DNA from: Euprymna scolopes | Lineage: Eukaryota | Assembly (NCBI GenBank): GCA_053919585.1 | Contig: CM132788.1 | Length of the DNA stretch: 64,000 nucleotides | Reading direction: 5' to 3' (one strand) | The notes under the pieces: model-generated | Seen by the model: the letters and a program-made list of their open reading frames with translations, nothing else | Told to the model about the DNA's origin: nothing | The model's database searches: none | Made by a program: the position numbers and the translations under genes | Shown here: positions 39,641 through 54,297 of the stretch, piece by piece | Numbering within the stretch: the first letter of the stretch is position 1 | Layout of the letters: each line of letters opens with the position of its first letter

Positions 39641-42600
39641 GAAATCTAGATAATCTGTTTTAAAAAATATTTTTCATTTAATTTTTTTTTTTTAATTTTT
39701 TTCATTCAATATTTTCAAATTTTATAACTTTCTGACGCTAGTTCATATGGCGGCCATTTTTTACTGCCATGCAATCGTTACATGAGTCTAATCTGAATTT
39801 AGGATATCAGCATTCTCAAAAGCCTCTCCAGGCTTTGTGTTAATAGAGGGTGTATAAATCATGCTTTAATAAATAGTCCGTTTTTAAAAAGGAGATGTAA
39901 CACATTGCTATTTGTGAAAAAAGTTTGTAAAGTAAATAAAAACTAGTCGCACACAATTCGCAAGTTTTAATAATTCTAACGTTTTATCTTACAATTGAGG
40001 ATTCATGATTAGCAGAGTGTATGAAATTGGCTACATCATGTTGAAATCCTCTTCGATTTATTGTCATTATTTTACTCACTAACATTGTTGAGGGGAAAAG
40101 GTATAAACCTGCTATTAACTCCAGCTATATGCAAAGTAGCAACTTGTGTTCAATTGTTCGTATTCAATGAATGATTTTAGCATTAAATAATGGAAAAGGA
40201 CCGATATAATTATTTACAAACTGACTGAAATCTTCACTTTCCTTATAATAGCCATAACATTTCAATTGCTTTCTCCTGCTTCAGTTTTCCCTTAATTTAT
40301 TGGGCGATATTTTTAAACTGTCCTGTCTGATATTATTAGATGTACCCAACACGCTTTTGGATGAACCTGGGTTATGCCTCTTTCTGTTTTTGTTCCACGC
40401 CTGGAGGTATACCTTCTCCATTTGGAGTTTGTTTCGTACCTGGAAGCTTTTATTTAAGCTGTTCCTTTACTTTAATCTTAATGTAATTTTTTTTTTTTTT
40501 TTTTCAAATTCGATAGTGTATTATATCAGGCAGTGTGCTTGGGTCGAGGACTCTGTTCAAGCTTGAGATGATATGTGTCCTTTGTTAGGGTGCTTGCATG
40601 GTTTGGGGAAAAACTTTGTAGCTATTTTTTGTCTGAATTTCTAAATATTATGTTGTTAGTCACCATTCTCCCTCTAAAAATTTTTTTTTTTTTTGTAAAT
40701 CAAATGCATTGTTAGACACTAAAATGTTCAGATCATCATGAGAATAACTTGAAAAGAATCCACTTTTTTCAAATCATAAACTTCCAAACAACTAGTTTTA
40801 ACCCGGATAATTATTTTCCAATAAACTTGCATAGCAGCATGAAATTTTGTTTAATGAATTACTTTTTGGATAATTTAAAAATGTCTTCCCTGACTAATCA
40901 TTTTATATTGAATTTGTGCAAGAATACTTGATTAAAATTGTATCAAATTTTTGATAATGGCGTCTAAAAATGCTTTAATTCAAAATGAGTATAAATTTCT
41001 GTTCAGCAGATTGTAACTGTTGCTAATATTACTATTGCTTACTAATTTTATTTGAAGAAAAGTGTGCTTGAATTAAGATTGAACTTTTAAATAAATCACT
41101 AAGGCACGTGTCAAAAATGTATCCGAATGAAACTAGCAGAAAAAGGAATGTATGATAAACTATCATAAAACATTGAATATATATTGTCACTACTGTTTTA
41201 GGGTTATTAGACGGGGTGAATGTTGAGGCGTGATAAAATGAAGTTATTTTTCTGTCCAGTAAAACTACCATAGATTCACATTACATATTTTCTCAAGTTT
41301 GAATAAGAAAAACTTTACTTTAAATTATAGCGATCACTGTCAACATTTGCTTATCTTATTAGATGAGGTTGAGTAGTGCAACCTCAATTCCCCTTAGTCT
41401 TTTTTCTTACTTGCTCTTTAATAAAATTCTGGTTGCTCAATTCTTAAGTTTAATCTCTGCCTAAGTCTCTCATATTTAATAGCTATTTTTTAAATTAGTT
41501 TGTATTTACATTTAAACTCTCATTTTTTGCTTATACATTTGAATTAATTTTGAGTGACAGTATCACAACTAAATAATGACTAAATTTATTATAAAAAATA
41601 AATTATTTAATGAACGAAGTTGCTAACAGACAGACACCGCATGCCAGGTAAAACAGTTTCTTTATAATTTCCGTTTTTCAATTTTAACTTCTTCTCATCC
41701 CATGAACATATGTAATTAAAATTATTATCAGGTAAAATGGGCCACTTATCAAAATAAACAACGGAAATGTATAAATCATTGTTTCAAGATAGTTTTCGCA
41801 TAAGTGTCTTGATTATATTTCAGGTCATGGGATAGATATTTTTACTTAGATAAAAATTTGGGTGTCTACTTCAGTGTTAGATAATATTTATCAAGTAGTT
41901 TGTGTGAAACGTGTTTATGGAAATGTAATACTTTTTATTTAATAAAATAGCACAATTTTTCTTGGTTGGTTATTAAAATAACAATTTTTCTACCAAATAT
42001 TTAAAGAATAAGTTTTTTGTGTTGTATATTAAATGGCAGTTTTTCTTGTTTTTGTTTTGTTTTTTTAATTTTCTCAAATGGTGTTTCTGAATTTTTTTTG
42101 GGTTTTTTTAAGTATACTTCATGTTTGAGATATTTAGACTTGTATAATCAATGTAATTATATTCAATATTGTTTAAAATTGCCCTAGAATAACATTTTTA
42201 ATTACCTCCCTTCCCTGCTAGGGCATATACTAACCTTTTTGCATGAGGAACTTTAAAACTCCTATAATAACCATGAATCTTTAGAAAATGGAGGACAGAG
42301 GGATCGACACAAGTTAGTATAGACAAGATTTACTTTAAAAAAAAAAAAAATGTTAAATTTATATCAATATCTATACTTACACAAATGGAATTTTTAGAAT
42401 TCTGGTTGGCAGAAAGAAAGAACATACTAGCTTAATTTTTTGTAATTGAGGCTATTTGTAAGATGGAGGCGCTCACAGAATTCCTCTTACCCTCAAGCAA
42501 TTTTCTTTAGATAAAAAGATGCAAAACTGTGTTTTGAATATCAATAATTTCTCTTTGGTAAACAAACCCAAGGTGAAACTAAGCACAAAATATCATGAAC

Positions 42601-43357
42601 TCTAAAATGTTTCAAACTTAATTGATCCAAAGTTTCATATGTCTGGTTTATGGTAGGTACAGTTCATTCCAAAAGTGTATTAATTAATGCAGGTTTATAT
42701 TGGTTTTACTGATAGACAATAAAGTGAGTCATTATCCTGTCATAATTGTTCTATTCTTTTAAAGTAGGTTTTCAAAAAAAAGGTGAGGATAAACTAAGGT
42801 GACCAAGTTTTCAGAAATTTCAAGTTCAGTAGTAGTTGAATACCATAAATTTTCTGATTAAGATTTGATTCCCTGATTGGTAAGACATTTAGCTCACTTA
42901 GTCTAGCAAGAGAAGTTAAGGTCACTATGATGCCAGTCTTCTAAGAATGTTAATTACACAAAATTTAAGGCTGTTTATTGTTTAAATGTTTAGTGAAAAC
43001 TCTTAAAACAAAAGGTAAGTCTCAGTTTGAGAGAAGCCGTCTAACTGAAGGATTAAAATTAAAAATGCCTTTAATGACCTTCGTTAGAAGATTGTCTAAA
43101 CTTATAAAATTTTGTAAAATACTATTAATGCTGTAATAATTGAAACTTTGCAACCTCTGACCTCATGCAAATGTATGAAAATAAATTCATGCCTTCCTTT
43201 ATAAAGGCAGTGTATTGACATCTCATTTAATACACCAGCATCTTGCATCATTTGATCTCTTAGTGTATGGTCTTTTGTTATTGAAGTAACCTTCAATATT
43301 TGTAGAAAGATTAGCCTTTCTGTTAAAAACTTTGTCTACAACGTTGAGGGGGGGGGG

Positions 43358-43530
43358 GCTGGCAACTGGGCAAACCTAGGTCTCCTTATCAGCCACCCAA
43401 ACCTACATCCAGAGAGGTCACTCCAGCTTCGACTTTGTAGCGACTGCAGATGCTATAGTGCTTCTGAGTAGATTCAGAACGCCATTGTCTCATTAGACAG
43501 AAGGTTGCCATTAATGGCAACTTTGTAGGT
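43358..43530 (+). mobile_element. 5'-truncated SINE with conserved central domain (Meta-domain-like)
   Basis: GC-rich ggcaaacctaggtctccttatcagccacccaaacctacatccagagaggtcactccagcttcgact; assignment from memory. Confidence 0.45.
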
Positions 43531-44139
43531 TAACACCTTTTAACTAAATTACTCCCCCAAATTGAGATTCTACCTTTTTTTAGATGATTATGTGGCTGAA
43601 AAAAGAAAAAAAAACAATTATTTTATAATTTCGGATGAGAAATCAGTTTTGTATATGAATTTAACGTAAAATGACCATCAATTCTAACAGACTCTAACTT
43701 TTTACGGACATTCACAAATTTTTTATCATTAATCTTATATAGTTGTTCAAAAATCGACAAGTAAACAAAATGCTGGAAGAAAATTACTTTTTTGCACGAT
43801 TAATATTTATTTGATTTTTTTCTTCCAGCATTTTTAATTTTCGATTTTGAGTGATTATCAAGGGTCATCATGTATGGTTTATGGACAGGCATGTTTTATT
43901 CTAACTTAACAGAAGACTAAGTTTATTTTGAACTAAAAAGAAAAAAGAATACCTTCAAATAAGTTTAAACACAAATCTTTTCCGTAGAAGAGTAATTTAT
44001 GCAAGCATTTGGTGGCATATATTTGTTGTGTATTTGTTTTTCCATCTCTGTTTCCTGTTAGTTACAATCACAATTTCTTTTTTTTTTTTCAAAGCGTAGT
44101 ACTTTTAAATGTAGACATAATTTATAATAAGTTTTCCTT

Positions 44140-45260
44140 TGCCAGTGGACCTTCCTGCGACTTAAGATATCCATGCTTCTAGATGTCTTAAATTCAGAAG
44201 GATGAATATTGCACATGACCGTACCAGTGGAATTGATTCGTTCTTAGGATAAACTTCATGCTGGGCAAATGTAGTGCTTTCAGTTAATCCTCTGACCTGA
44301 GTTTGGTCAGCTTTCACAATGCAGATTCATCTGATCACGGGTCTATCATTGCGCTCCAGTTAATCGAGAGAAGGCTAAATGGGAGCCTAGCATCCACTGC
44401 CATATGTTCTGATGCTTCTGACACAGCTGCTATACACTTTACACCCAGATTTAGAATGGGGTAACTGGTGATGTTATCAGAGGTAGCAACTTGCAAAACT
44501 TCATCAAAGTTGCCTTCACTTTTGTGACTGTTCACATCCACTATCTGCACTCAGCAGATTTCTCAGACAGATCATTTGTTTAAGATGCTTTGTCATGCGC
44601 ACAACGTTAGCCAATCTCTTAAAATTTTTGCCATCATCTGCAAACCAACCTTGCAAGCGTTTTTTGTTGTTTTCTGATTATTTTCTTCAGTAAAAAAAAG
44701 TGTCTGATGTTGCTGGGTTTATTAAACTTGTTTGAATTAAGAGGTTATTTAAAAGTACAGTAGAACCCCGGGATATGGCATTAATACGTTCTAGGGCTGG
44801 GATCGTAAGTTAAAATTGCTGTATGGCAGGGCCTAAGCAAAATTTTACAATACAGTACTGTATATAGTAACCATAAGCAAGGACCGGAAAAACATATTCA
44901 ACATAAAAAACGTATCCTAGGGTTCTACTGACTTTTTAATTTTGATACCTTCACTGCAAATTCGTCTTGTGTACAATAATGCTGCAAACATTTTCATTCC
45001 AGTCTTGTCTGTTAGAACATATTTTTAAGAATGTCAAGGTTCTGAGTATTACTATCTTCAATAGGAATTGTTGACATTTTTTATTTCTTTTGTAACCATT
45101 TTGAATTTGGTTTATTTTGGTCTTCTGTTGACATCTTTACTGGCTCCATGGTGTGAGTCAGTGCCATATGTGCTGGTGTTTGTTCTAGCAGATGACTAAG
45201 CCATGACAATCTTCTCGTCAGAATCTTAGTATTCCGCAGTTGCATGCTTATACGTTATTC
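44140..45260 (-). mobile_element. Decayed pogo/Tigger-like transposon with nested inserts
   Basis: Reverse-strand remnants resemble GWF..FKR, ASAD and ADESAL (DETGL-like). An RTE-like piece (about 44340-44470) and a MITE interrupt it. Confidence 0.45.
44758..44930. mobile_element. Tigger-type MITE
   Basis: TIR cagtagaaccccgggata / tatcctagggttctactg (18 bp, 2 mismatches); TA on the left side. Confidence 0.7.
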
Positions 45261-45519
45261 AACAGCATGATTGGAGATGACGTCATGCCAATGGATTTGC
45301 AAATATTTTCATAAAGATTGTCTAAAAAAACTTTTAAGGTGTTTCTGTCAATGTTTAGAGTTTTTATAGGAAAATACTTTCAGAAATGTCTTGAAAATTC
45401 ATCTTTACATTTTTACTAACTTTTGAAAATCACTTTCAGTGTTTTGTAGGTATCTAATGTCACAATTTGTCATCTTATATCCTGTTTTGTTCTTGGCAAA
45501 AATCCAAAGTACTTTCTTT

Positions 45520-46800
45520 TTTTTTTTTTACAAAGGCGTCTCCTCTTATAAAGGCCCGGAGACCACTCAGGGATAACGGTTAATGAGTGTGTGGTAATCA
45601 TTGGGACAATAGCTAAGTCATCGTTAGTAGTGGAAATTTGGTAAATTGAATTACTTAAGGGAACGGCTCATCAAGAACTTGTTTATGTTGGACTTGAAGA
45701 TGACCACATTAGTCAGCTGGAAAGCAGGAAAACGGAAGACAGTTCCACAAGCGTGCAGTTCTAAGAAAGAAGCTTTGTTCATGGACTCTACGTTTAGGTT
45801 TAGGCACAAATAAAGTGTGGGGGGATTGATAGTGGTTTCAGCTAGATGAGTGTTTTTTATGAAAGATTGGCAAGAGGGACCAAAGATTGGAGCTCAGACG
45901 AGCACTTGCCGTGAAAATAATAGAGCAAGGACAAGTTCACAATATCTCTTCTGTGGGAAAGAGGTTGCAGGGAAGAGGAAAGGGCATCCTCTACTAGGCT
46001 ACAAAATCTATTTTGAATTCTGTCAAGGCAGAATAGGTGCTTTTAGCAGCTCCTGCCTAAATATAGCAACAGTACTCCATCCTATGACATATTTGGCTCT
46101 TATACGGATAGAATTGCATTAGCAATGAGATATCTACTGGAGCGGTAGAATGATACCACCATTTTCCAGCGACCTTGGCAATGGATTTGATGTAAGTGTT
46201 GCATCTCAGATCAGGAGTGAAGGTTAGACCCAAAAGCTGTTCAAAACATGGAACCGCCCAAAGACGAGAGACATTCATTGCTATTGATGTCGGACAAAGA
46301 TCAGAGTGTTGATGATGGAACAAAAGAAGTTTGGTTTTAGATGCATTAAAATTAATCACCCATCTCTTTCCCTTTTGCATCACGTACTCAAGATCAGAAA
46401 ATAAAGAATTGGAGATCTTGGTCATTTACAGCCTTTGAAGTATTGCCATAAATGGTAGTATCATCAGCATAAATGTCTATGAATGATTTTAGAATGTGAT
46501 TTGGGAGATCATTGATGAAGATCAGAAAGAGAATTGGCCTCAAGATGGACCTCTGAGGGGTGGTAGCATTAATATTGTGAGCTTGATTTCTGCCCATCAA
46601 TCACTACTCTTAAAACTATCAGAGAAATGATTTAATAATTGAGAAATCATTTCCAGCTATACTGTAGCTGGAGATCTTGTGAAGTAGACCTTTATGCTAT
46701 ACCCTATCAAAAACGTGCCAAGAGCAATTGCCCTAGAAATGAAGTCCCCATCGAGAGATTCACTAATCCTATGAGATATAACAGTTTGCACATCTGCTGT
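45520..46800 (-). mobile_element. Decayed CR1/Crack LINE family 2 with RT core
   Basis: PQRSILRPILFLIFINDLP...IYADDTT (RT catalytic YADD motif) and FNASKTKLL. Confidence 0.9.
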
Positions 46801-46872
46801 AGATCTATCATTTTTTCCAGAATTATTTAATGTTGATATAAATTATTTTTATTTGAATTATTTCTTTCAATG

Positions 46873-46906
<34 letters not shown>

Positions 46907-47659
46907 CATATAAAAATAAAGATTTGTCTAAAATTCTTAATTGGTTATGTCAGGTAAAAGTACCCAGAAAATTTCAAAGAAACTTTTTTTAAATAAAAAA
47001 AATGATCTAGAATGTTTTACCAAGATGACGAATAATCATAAAATGGCAAGAAGTATGTAAACAATATGTAATAGAATAATTTCGTACTAAATCTTATCAA
47101 GCCAACAATTTTCAATTTCATGTTGACATAACCTGTAATTTAACTTTTATTGCTTGGCTTCCACCCTCTCCTAGATTTACACCTGCCATTTTTCTTCAGA
47201 AATAAGCAAAATTCCGACTAACAAGTTTGTAGATCGAATACTAATTTAATGGATCCAAAAAAAGATGAAACTTGATTAATATTGCAAGTATTGTAACGAG
47301 TTAGGTCCCTCATTTCTTTGGAGGGAGAGTACATGAAAAATTCTGTAAAGTTGGTTTACAAATGAAGACACTAAGTACAAAAGAAATTTTTTTGTTTTCA
47401 TTAATGTTACAATGGTGTTGACATCATTCATTTTTTATATTCTTCTATTACGTTTTGAGTTCCTCGTCCGATCCAGTGACAACCAAGAGGACATCCTCGC
47501 TACTCTAACATCTGCTCTTATGTCTTTTCCGATTCTCCAACTTGTTTTTTGAGCAAATGATTCTTTTATACATTTTTAATTAAAATACAAATGACAATCG
47601 ATTAATTTTCAATTTGACACACAACTCACAATATTGTCACAATATATTACGTTTAAATT

Positions 47660-49190
47660 TCTGCATATTAGAACGGCTAGGGAAGTAGGAAGAGAATTCC
47701 AAAGGCAAGCGATCTGAGCAAAACAGTTATTAAAGTAAAATAATCTTATATGGGGGTTTCAACAGTCTAAAGGTGGCATTTTGCTGCTGGTTTGGTTAAT
47801 CATGGTTATTTACATTTGAATATAAGAACAGCAGATTTATTGGAGGATACTTCCAGAGGAAAAACTACTTATAAAACGCAACATTGCATCAATATTATGG
47901 ATTCGAGCCTCACGGTATGGCAGATTATTAGATTAGAAACTTTTGCATCTTGTGTGATAGACTAGTGCTTGGTCAACCAATCCAGGTGTGAGCATGTTGA
48001 TTGTCTCTCTGATAAGCAATTGAATTTAAGCAATTTCTCTTCATTGCGGGTATCTTAATGGTCATTTCTAATCATATGATACACTGGATAAGGCAAGTGA
48101 ATAGTTGCTTTATGGAAATACAAGATACTGGCAGGTATAGGAATTTTTCTAGCACGGTAGAGCTGCTATCTTTTTGGTATCATCTTTTTATGTAATTATT
48201 TCATGTTCTTTGAGATGTCAGGCTGAAGTGTTTAAACATTGGTCTCTTGGGAAAGTGTTATCAACTATAACGACCAGTTGTTAAAGGGAAGTAGCTTTGT
48301 CGTGGTAGCATAAAATATGATTATCCGTTTTTGGCCAAGATTTACTACAAGCTGGAGGTCATTTTCCAAAGATGTAACTATTACCTTGGATGTGTGACCA
48401 TTTGGTTGTCTTCATGTTGGAAATAGTGTGGTGTCATCAGAAAATACACCCATCTCAAATGTGATTGCATTAGCAAGGTCATTTATGAGGATCAGGAATA
48501 ATATAGGTTCATGTATCGAATATATTCAGAACACTAACATGGATGTGATGTTTGGATATATGGCCATAAATAATTACTTGGATCTTTCTTTTAGCTATAA
48601 AAGATCTGATTATATTAAACATACATCTAATAGCAAGAGTTGATTTTCTCATATTCTTTATGCTAGTCCTTGCCAAAGGTCTTGGGGATATCTACCACCC
48701 TAGTTTTACCTGCTTTATGGCAGTGTCGTATATTCAGAAATGTCAATGAGAATATCTACAATAGAATGAAGTTGCTTCAATTCATACTGTTGGCCAGAGA
48801 AACGATTAATATTTTCATAACAGTGAATTTCTGCTAGATTAAATAATTTTAATGAACAGCAAGAGAAGACTTCTGGGAAAATAATTTTGTAAGTCACTTC
48901 TTTAAAGTTGGTAGTACAAAGAAAATTTTCTATCTGTCAGAAGCAAGATTTATAAGGCATTTGTTTAGAGTTTGAAGAGTATGCAGGGGATGACCCACCC
49001 AAGCTGCTATTACTATAACACCACTGCCCTCCTTAAGCCAATGTCATACTGTTTAGATAATCTGAATCTACCCTAATCGTTGTGAACAAACTAACAGACT
49101 TTCTTTTAATCTCTCCTGAAATGTATCAATAAAACTTAGGTTTCCCTAGCACAGTGAAGAAACACATGCTTTAGAAGTGTTGAGATTCTT
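47660..49190 (-). mobile_element. Heavily decayed CR1-group LINE
   Basis: Reverse strand near 48430-48500 gives FLILINDL...FSDDTT-like RT residues; 49040-49160 matches the repeat at 51335-51450. Confidence 0.6.
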
Positions 49191-49861
49191 TGTGATAGTA
49201 TATTGAAAGGAGTCATGACCAGATTATCTAGCGTTGCTTCTGTCCATAAGGCATGGTTTATGGAGCAAATATTTCAACCTTGTTGCTTCAATTGAAACAG
49301 ACTTTATGGTTGTTGGATAGTGGGGGAATTGTTAATTGCCCATTATTCAATAAATTATTATAGATCTGTTTTAGAACTCAGACGTTATTAATTTCTATGA
49401 TGAGATGTGATTTCTAGTCATCTATGCTTAGACTTAACTGTGCTAATCACGTTCTTATAATGGGTTCTTAATGCTACAAATTTGGGTCCATTTTCAGCTG
49501 ACTTTTATCGGTTGAAATGGCAAAATTATTGGTGTCTATGCACAATGATGGTTAAAGAAATCCCCGGAGAAGAGTGAGGCTTGTTATAGAATTTCTGTGC
49601 TGCTACAAATGTTTCTATGCCTGTTTGTACTGATTCAGTTACCTCATCTTCACACTGTTTAGCAGAGAAAGAAGTTTTACTTCAAAATGCATCTCTGAGA
49701 TCTCTTAGGGATTTTGTACGTAAAATTAATATATACACCTGATTTGGAGTTTATAACTTAATTCTAAAAGAAAGTATAAGTGTTATTGCATAATTTAGAG
49801 GTGGTGAGGAGGATACTGGTCTAATGGATTATTTTAGGAATCATTTTTATTTTTGCTTGCG

Positions 49862-50380
49862 TTCACCTTTAAAAAGGCATATCGTCACTTGGGTGTAAGG
49901 GACTACTATTTGGGACCATGCCTAGGAAAGATTAACAATGTTTGTTACATTTAAACTTCTGCATATCAGTACAGTCAAGGAAGCAGATAGCAGGAAGGGA
50001 ATTGTGAAGTTTAGCTGTTCGAGGGAAGACACTATTAGAGTAGAAAGCTTTCGGACATTTAGGGACCTCAAGTGAAGGGGTGTGGTTTTGTTGCTAAGCA
50101 GGTTTGTCGTCGATATGTACATCAAAAGGGCATAAGTGCAACGAGTTCATCAGATCACATTCCATTAAAATACTTGTAAAACAGGCACAGAAATGCAACA
50201 TTGCAGTGATGGGACAGGGGTTGGAGCTTAGTTAACAAAGTGGGACCTAATAGGTTTAAGACTTTTTTTTTACTCTATTCAAGAGGGAGAAACTAGTGAT
50301 AGATGCATCAGCCCAGATGTGGCAACAATACTCCATGCATGGGAGAATCGTGGCCTTGTAGAGGTACAGGATACTTTCTT
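49862..50380 (-). mobile_element. Decayed CR1/Crack LINE family 1, 3' fragment
   Basis: gcccagatgtggcaacaatactccatgcatggg is the reverse complement of PCMEYCCHIWA; collinear with the copy at 37105. Confidence 0.85.
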
Positions 50381-51239
50381 ATGAAATTAACATCAAATAT
50401 GATGTGTTGGGAAAGCATGATTTCAACATTTTTCTCAGCTTTGGATAAAATAACATGGAGTCAGATTATATAGAATTTGTTTTACAACATTTTTATATTA
50501 AATGACTGCAAAAGAGTTGCTATAAAACGGACAAAGTTATCAAAATCAAAAAGAAATTAGGTAACACTGTATTTTAATGCAAAGTGTTATATTATCAACT
50601 GGAATTTTCATCTATGGAATGGACAAATACTTTTGAATGTATTCTTTATTTTTACAAAATATTTTACCATTAAATGTTTTATTTTATGGCATATCAATCT
50701 TTTTTGGGATTATCTAATGCTAAACTTGTATTTTGGTAAGTTCTTAATATTTTCAGAATTTGTGTTTGATTTAACTATTAATGCTGAAAACGTATTTGCG
50801 CATGTTCATCGGTTTTTGTTTTTTGTATATGTCACATTGACATGATCTCCTATCTATGCTTTTGGTAATCTTGTTGCTTTTGTCCCTTATTTGTTGTTCA
50901 TCTTTATCATTTCTGAATGTTTTGAAGATCGAATATTCTCAAGTTCATTCCCATCGTTGTATTACCAAACATCTGAATTGATCTGATTTGAATGCCTAGT
51001 TGCTAAGCCTCTTATAGGTATCTTTTTAAAATAAATATTCCATTACAAAATGGCATAAACTCCTCTATAGTTGGAAACGGGGTGAAGAAGTTTGGATTGG
51101 TGAAATAAATTGATGTTTTCTTCTGTTTTTGAAATTTTTCTTAATGTGGTGGGCATACAGCAGAACCGTCATTAGATTGAATGATTTTATAGTGATGAAA
51201 ATTGTTTATGCTTTAAGTTGTCTCATGCCAAACTCAGAG

Positions 51240-51450
51240 ATTCTATTTAACCCATAAATGAGATGAAGATTCTTTCTCTCATTAACAAAAGAAGGTGATC
51301 TTCACACTCCTCCTAAATGAGGGCGTCACTATCAAATGTCATCTTGTTTAGATGATCTGAATCTATCATAGTCGTTGTGAACAAACAAGCTTCTTTTTAA
51401 ATCTTTCTTGAAGTGTATCAATAAAGCTTGGGTTTCCCAAAAAAGTGAAG
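51240..51450 (-). mobile_element. Internal LINE fragment homologous to 49040-49160
   Basis: Shared string tgtcat..tgtttagat.atctgaatcta....tcgttgtgaacaaac...gtatcaataaa.ctt.ggtttccc. Confidence 0.55.
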
Positions 51451-51754
51451 AAACTTATCTCCCACCTTTGCAAGTTTCCTCCTAATTGTATAATTGCTCG
51501 TTTCACTCACATTTGTGTGGCATTTCACATTAATGTAAATATTAATTAGGAATGTAGTTTAGAGCAATTCTGAAACGAGACATTTTCTTGATTATAACTT
51601 GTTGGTACGATGGGGAAAAAAAAGGAAAGGGCATTTATCACCAATTATTTTACCAGCTGAAAATTTGCAATGACGACCTCCTAAGGTTTTTTGGCTCACC
51701 ATAATGGACTTTTCTTGGCTATCAACATAGTAGCTGACTTATTTCATTTTTTTC

Positions 51755-51940
51755 TACTTCTAGACTAGTTGCCCTACCAAGGTTTCAGCTCATTCTATCC
51801 TATTACTTTACTCCTATCTGAGGGGAAGATTCATACCTTTCCTAAGAGTATTAGTAAAAGTGATACAATACTCTTACAGTGTTCAAACATGATATGCCCT
51901 ATTCACTGTTCATGGCAATAACCAGTGCATCACAACCAAC
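51755..51940 (-). mobile_element. Decayed tRNA-derived SINE
   Basis: Degenerate A box (tgatgcactgg) and B box (gtttgaacac) on the minus strand; the body resembles a recalled invertebrate SINE. Confidence 0.45.
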
Positions 51941-52649
51941 TTAATTTATTTAGAAGTTGTAGTCTAGACAAGCTTGTTTCTGGTAATGATAAAAAATCTG
52001 TTTGCTGATTTTAACCAATTCCTACCCTAACATATTTTTTGTAAATGTTATTTGCATCTTAATTATATTCCATTTTTAAAATAAAAATAAATTTACATCT
52101 TCAAATTGTACAAGTCTCAATAAGTCTCTGGCTTGATATATATATAAGTACTAACCTTTGTGGCTCATGTCAAAATTTGAGCCCAATTAGGTTATTAGTT
52201 TACAAATTAAAATTATTTAAGTGAAGCTATTGTTGCAAAAAAACTATTTCGTATGTTAAAGCATTCCCTTCTGATTGAAAAAATACTGTTCAATGGCTTC
52301 ATAAGTGTTAATCACTCTAATACGTCAGAAACTACGGTTAAGAGGTGTTAGGCTGGCTTTAAATGGAGTTGTACAGAAATAAATCATATTGAACGTCCAG
52401 TTTAACGGTTGTCTCAGAAAGTATTACAAAAGTTCACAAACTCGTTTTAATCGATCATAAATTGAAGTTGTGACGGAGCTGAGAAGTTATAGATATCAGA
52501 AGGCAAATTTATTCACCATTTTTCCTGAATATTTGTCAATGAGAAATCTGTGTTCAAAGTGAATGCCATGTTTGCTCAGTCAATCAAAAACAATGATCTG
52601 TAGAGTTTTTGCAACTGTTTCAAGACAATGAAAAGGAGTTTTTTTTATC

Positions 52650-53768
52650 AATGTGAAAAATCCACAACCTTTGCCCTTGATATATCCAAAGCCTTTGACA
52701 AAGTATGGCATAAAGGACTCCTAATGAAAATTAAATCATACGGTATTACTGGACAAACAATATATATAAGACAAAAGGATAATCCATTAACCTTGATGGG
52801 CGTACATCCAAGCAACATAATATTAATGCAGGAGTATCTCAGAGATTGATCCTTGAATCTCTATTATTACTGATCTTCATAAACGAATTCCTTGAGATAT
52901 TTGCCAATGATACAACCCTAAAATACATAAGAGAAAATGGATGTACACATATCTAAGACAATGACTGAATCCTTAGAAAATGACCTCCAGTCTGTAGTGA
53001 AATAGAGCTGTAAATGTATGGTAACATTTAATGCTACTAAAACTAAGCTGCTTTCCTTTAACAAACAAGAAGCTTTCTCAACCACTGATAGCTATGACTA
53101 ATAACATCCTACCTGAAAGCTCTTCCTTCAAACTCTTCAGTTTAACATTCACAGGACACATAAACTTAAACAAATACATTGAGGACATTGCAAAGACTGC
53201 TGCAAAGGTGGGTTCTCTATCATGCTTGAAGATTACTCACACCTGAGAGTATTCTATGCATGGAGTATTGTTGCCATATCTGGGCTAATGCATCTACCAT
53301 TAGTCTTTCTCCTGATAAGGGTCCAAAGAAGAGTCTTCAATCTAATAGGTCTTGCACTCTCAACTAAGCTCCAACCTCTGTCCCATTGCTACAATGTTGC
53401 ATCCCTGTGTATATTTTACAAGTATTCTCATGGAACATGCCTTGATGAACTCTTTACATTTGTGTACCATCGACGTACATACCCTCAACAAACCCGCTTA
53501 GCAATGAAATCACCTTTTCACTGTAGAGATCGCTAGATGCTGGAAAGCTTTCTACTCTAATAGTTCATTCTTCAGACAGCAAGACTTTGGAATTCCTTCT
53601 GTTTCCTGCCTCCCTGACTGTACTAATTAATATGCAGAAGTTTAAATGTAATGTAAACAAACATCTCACTCATTTCCCCTTAACATGGCCCCAAATAGTA
53701 GCCCTTACGTCCAAATGGCAATATTCCTTGTTTTACGGTGAAACATCAGTAAAAAAAAAAAAAAAAAA
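52650..53768 (+). mobile_element. Decayed CR1/Crack LINE family 1, RT to poly(A)
   Basis: ALDISKAFDKVWHKGLL, FKLFSLTFTG, RVFNLIGLALSTKLQPLSH, MQKFKCNVN, then an A-tail at 53751. Confidence 0.9.
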
Positions 53769-54297
53769 CGACAGTGAGCGGAGTGAAAGTTTTAAAAAGT
53801 AACCAAAGATGCAAACCTCAGCATGCAAGATTTTCACCTTCGTATTTTTGGATGCACAAGGTATTGTTAATCATTTACCTTGAAAGGAAGAACCACCAAT
53901 GACAAATATTATATAGCATTCTTAGTGTGTTTGAAAGAAGAAATAAAAAAAAATGGCTACAAATGAAGAAAAGTATTTTTTTCACCAAAACAATGCATCA
54001 TGTCATAAATCTATTGCAACGATGTCAAAACTACATGAATTGCACTTCAAATTGCTTCAGATCCCCCCCCTCCTCCTAACTCCAGCCAATACTGACTGTT
54101 TGCAGGCCTCAAAGTGAAAGATTCATCTCTAATAAAGAAATAGTGTTGGAAACTGAGGTGTTTTGAGGCCAACAACAAATCATTCTCCAAAATAAACATT
54201 AAATTGTGGGTAGCATTGGAATTGGCCGTCCTTTTAAAGTGATACACTGTTGAAGAATAGAATCGAATCTTTATTGCTTAACATAGGGTTTATTGAG

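Noticed and set aside
42994-43014. 21-nt + strand microexon with gtaagt donor
   Set aside because: Phase 0 begins with TGA and only phase 1 is open, which is incompatible with the chain unless it is a poison exon.
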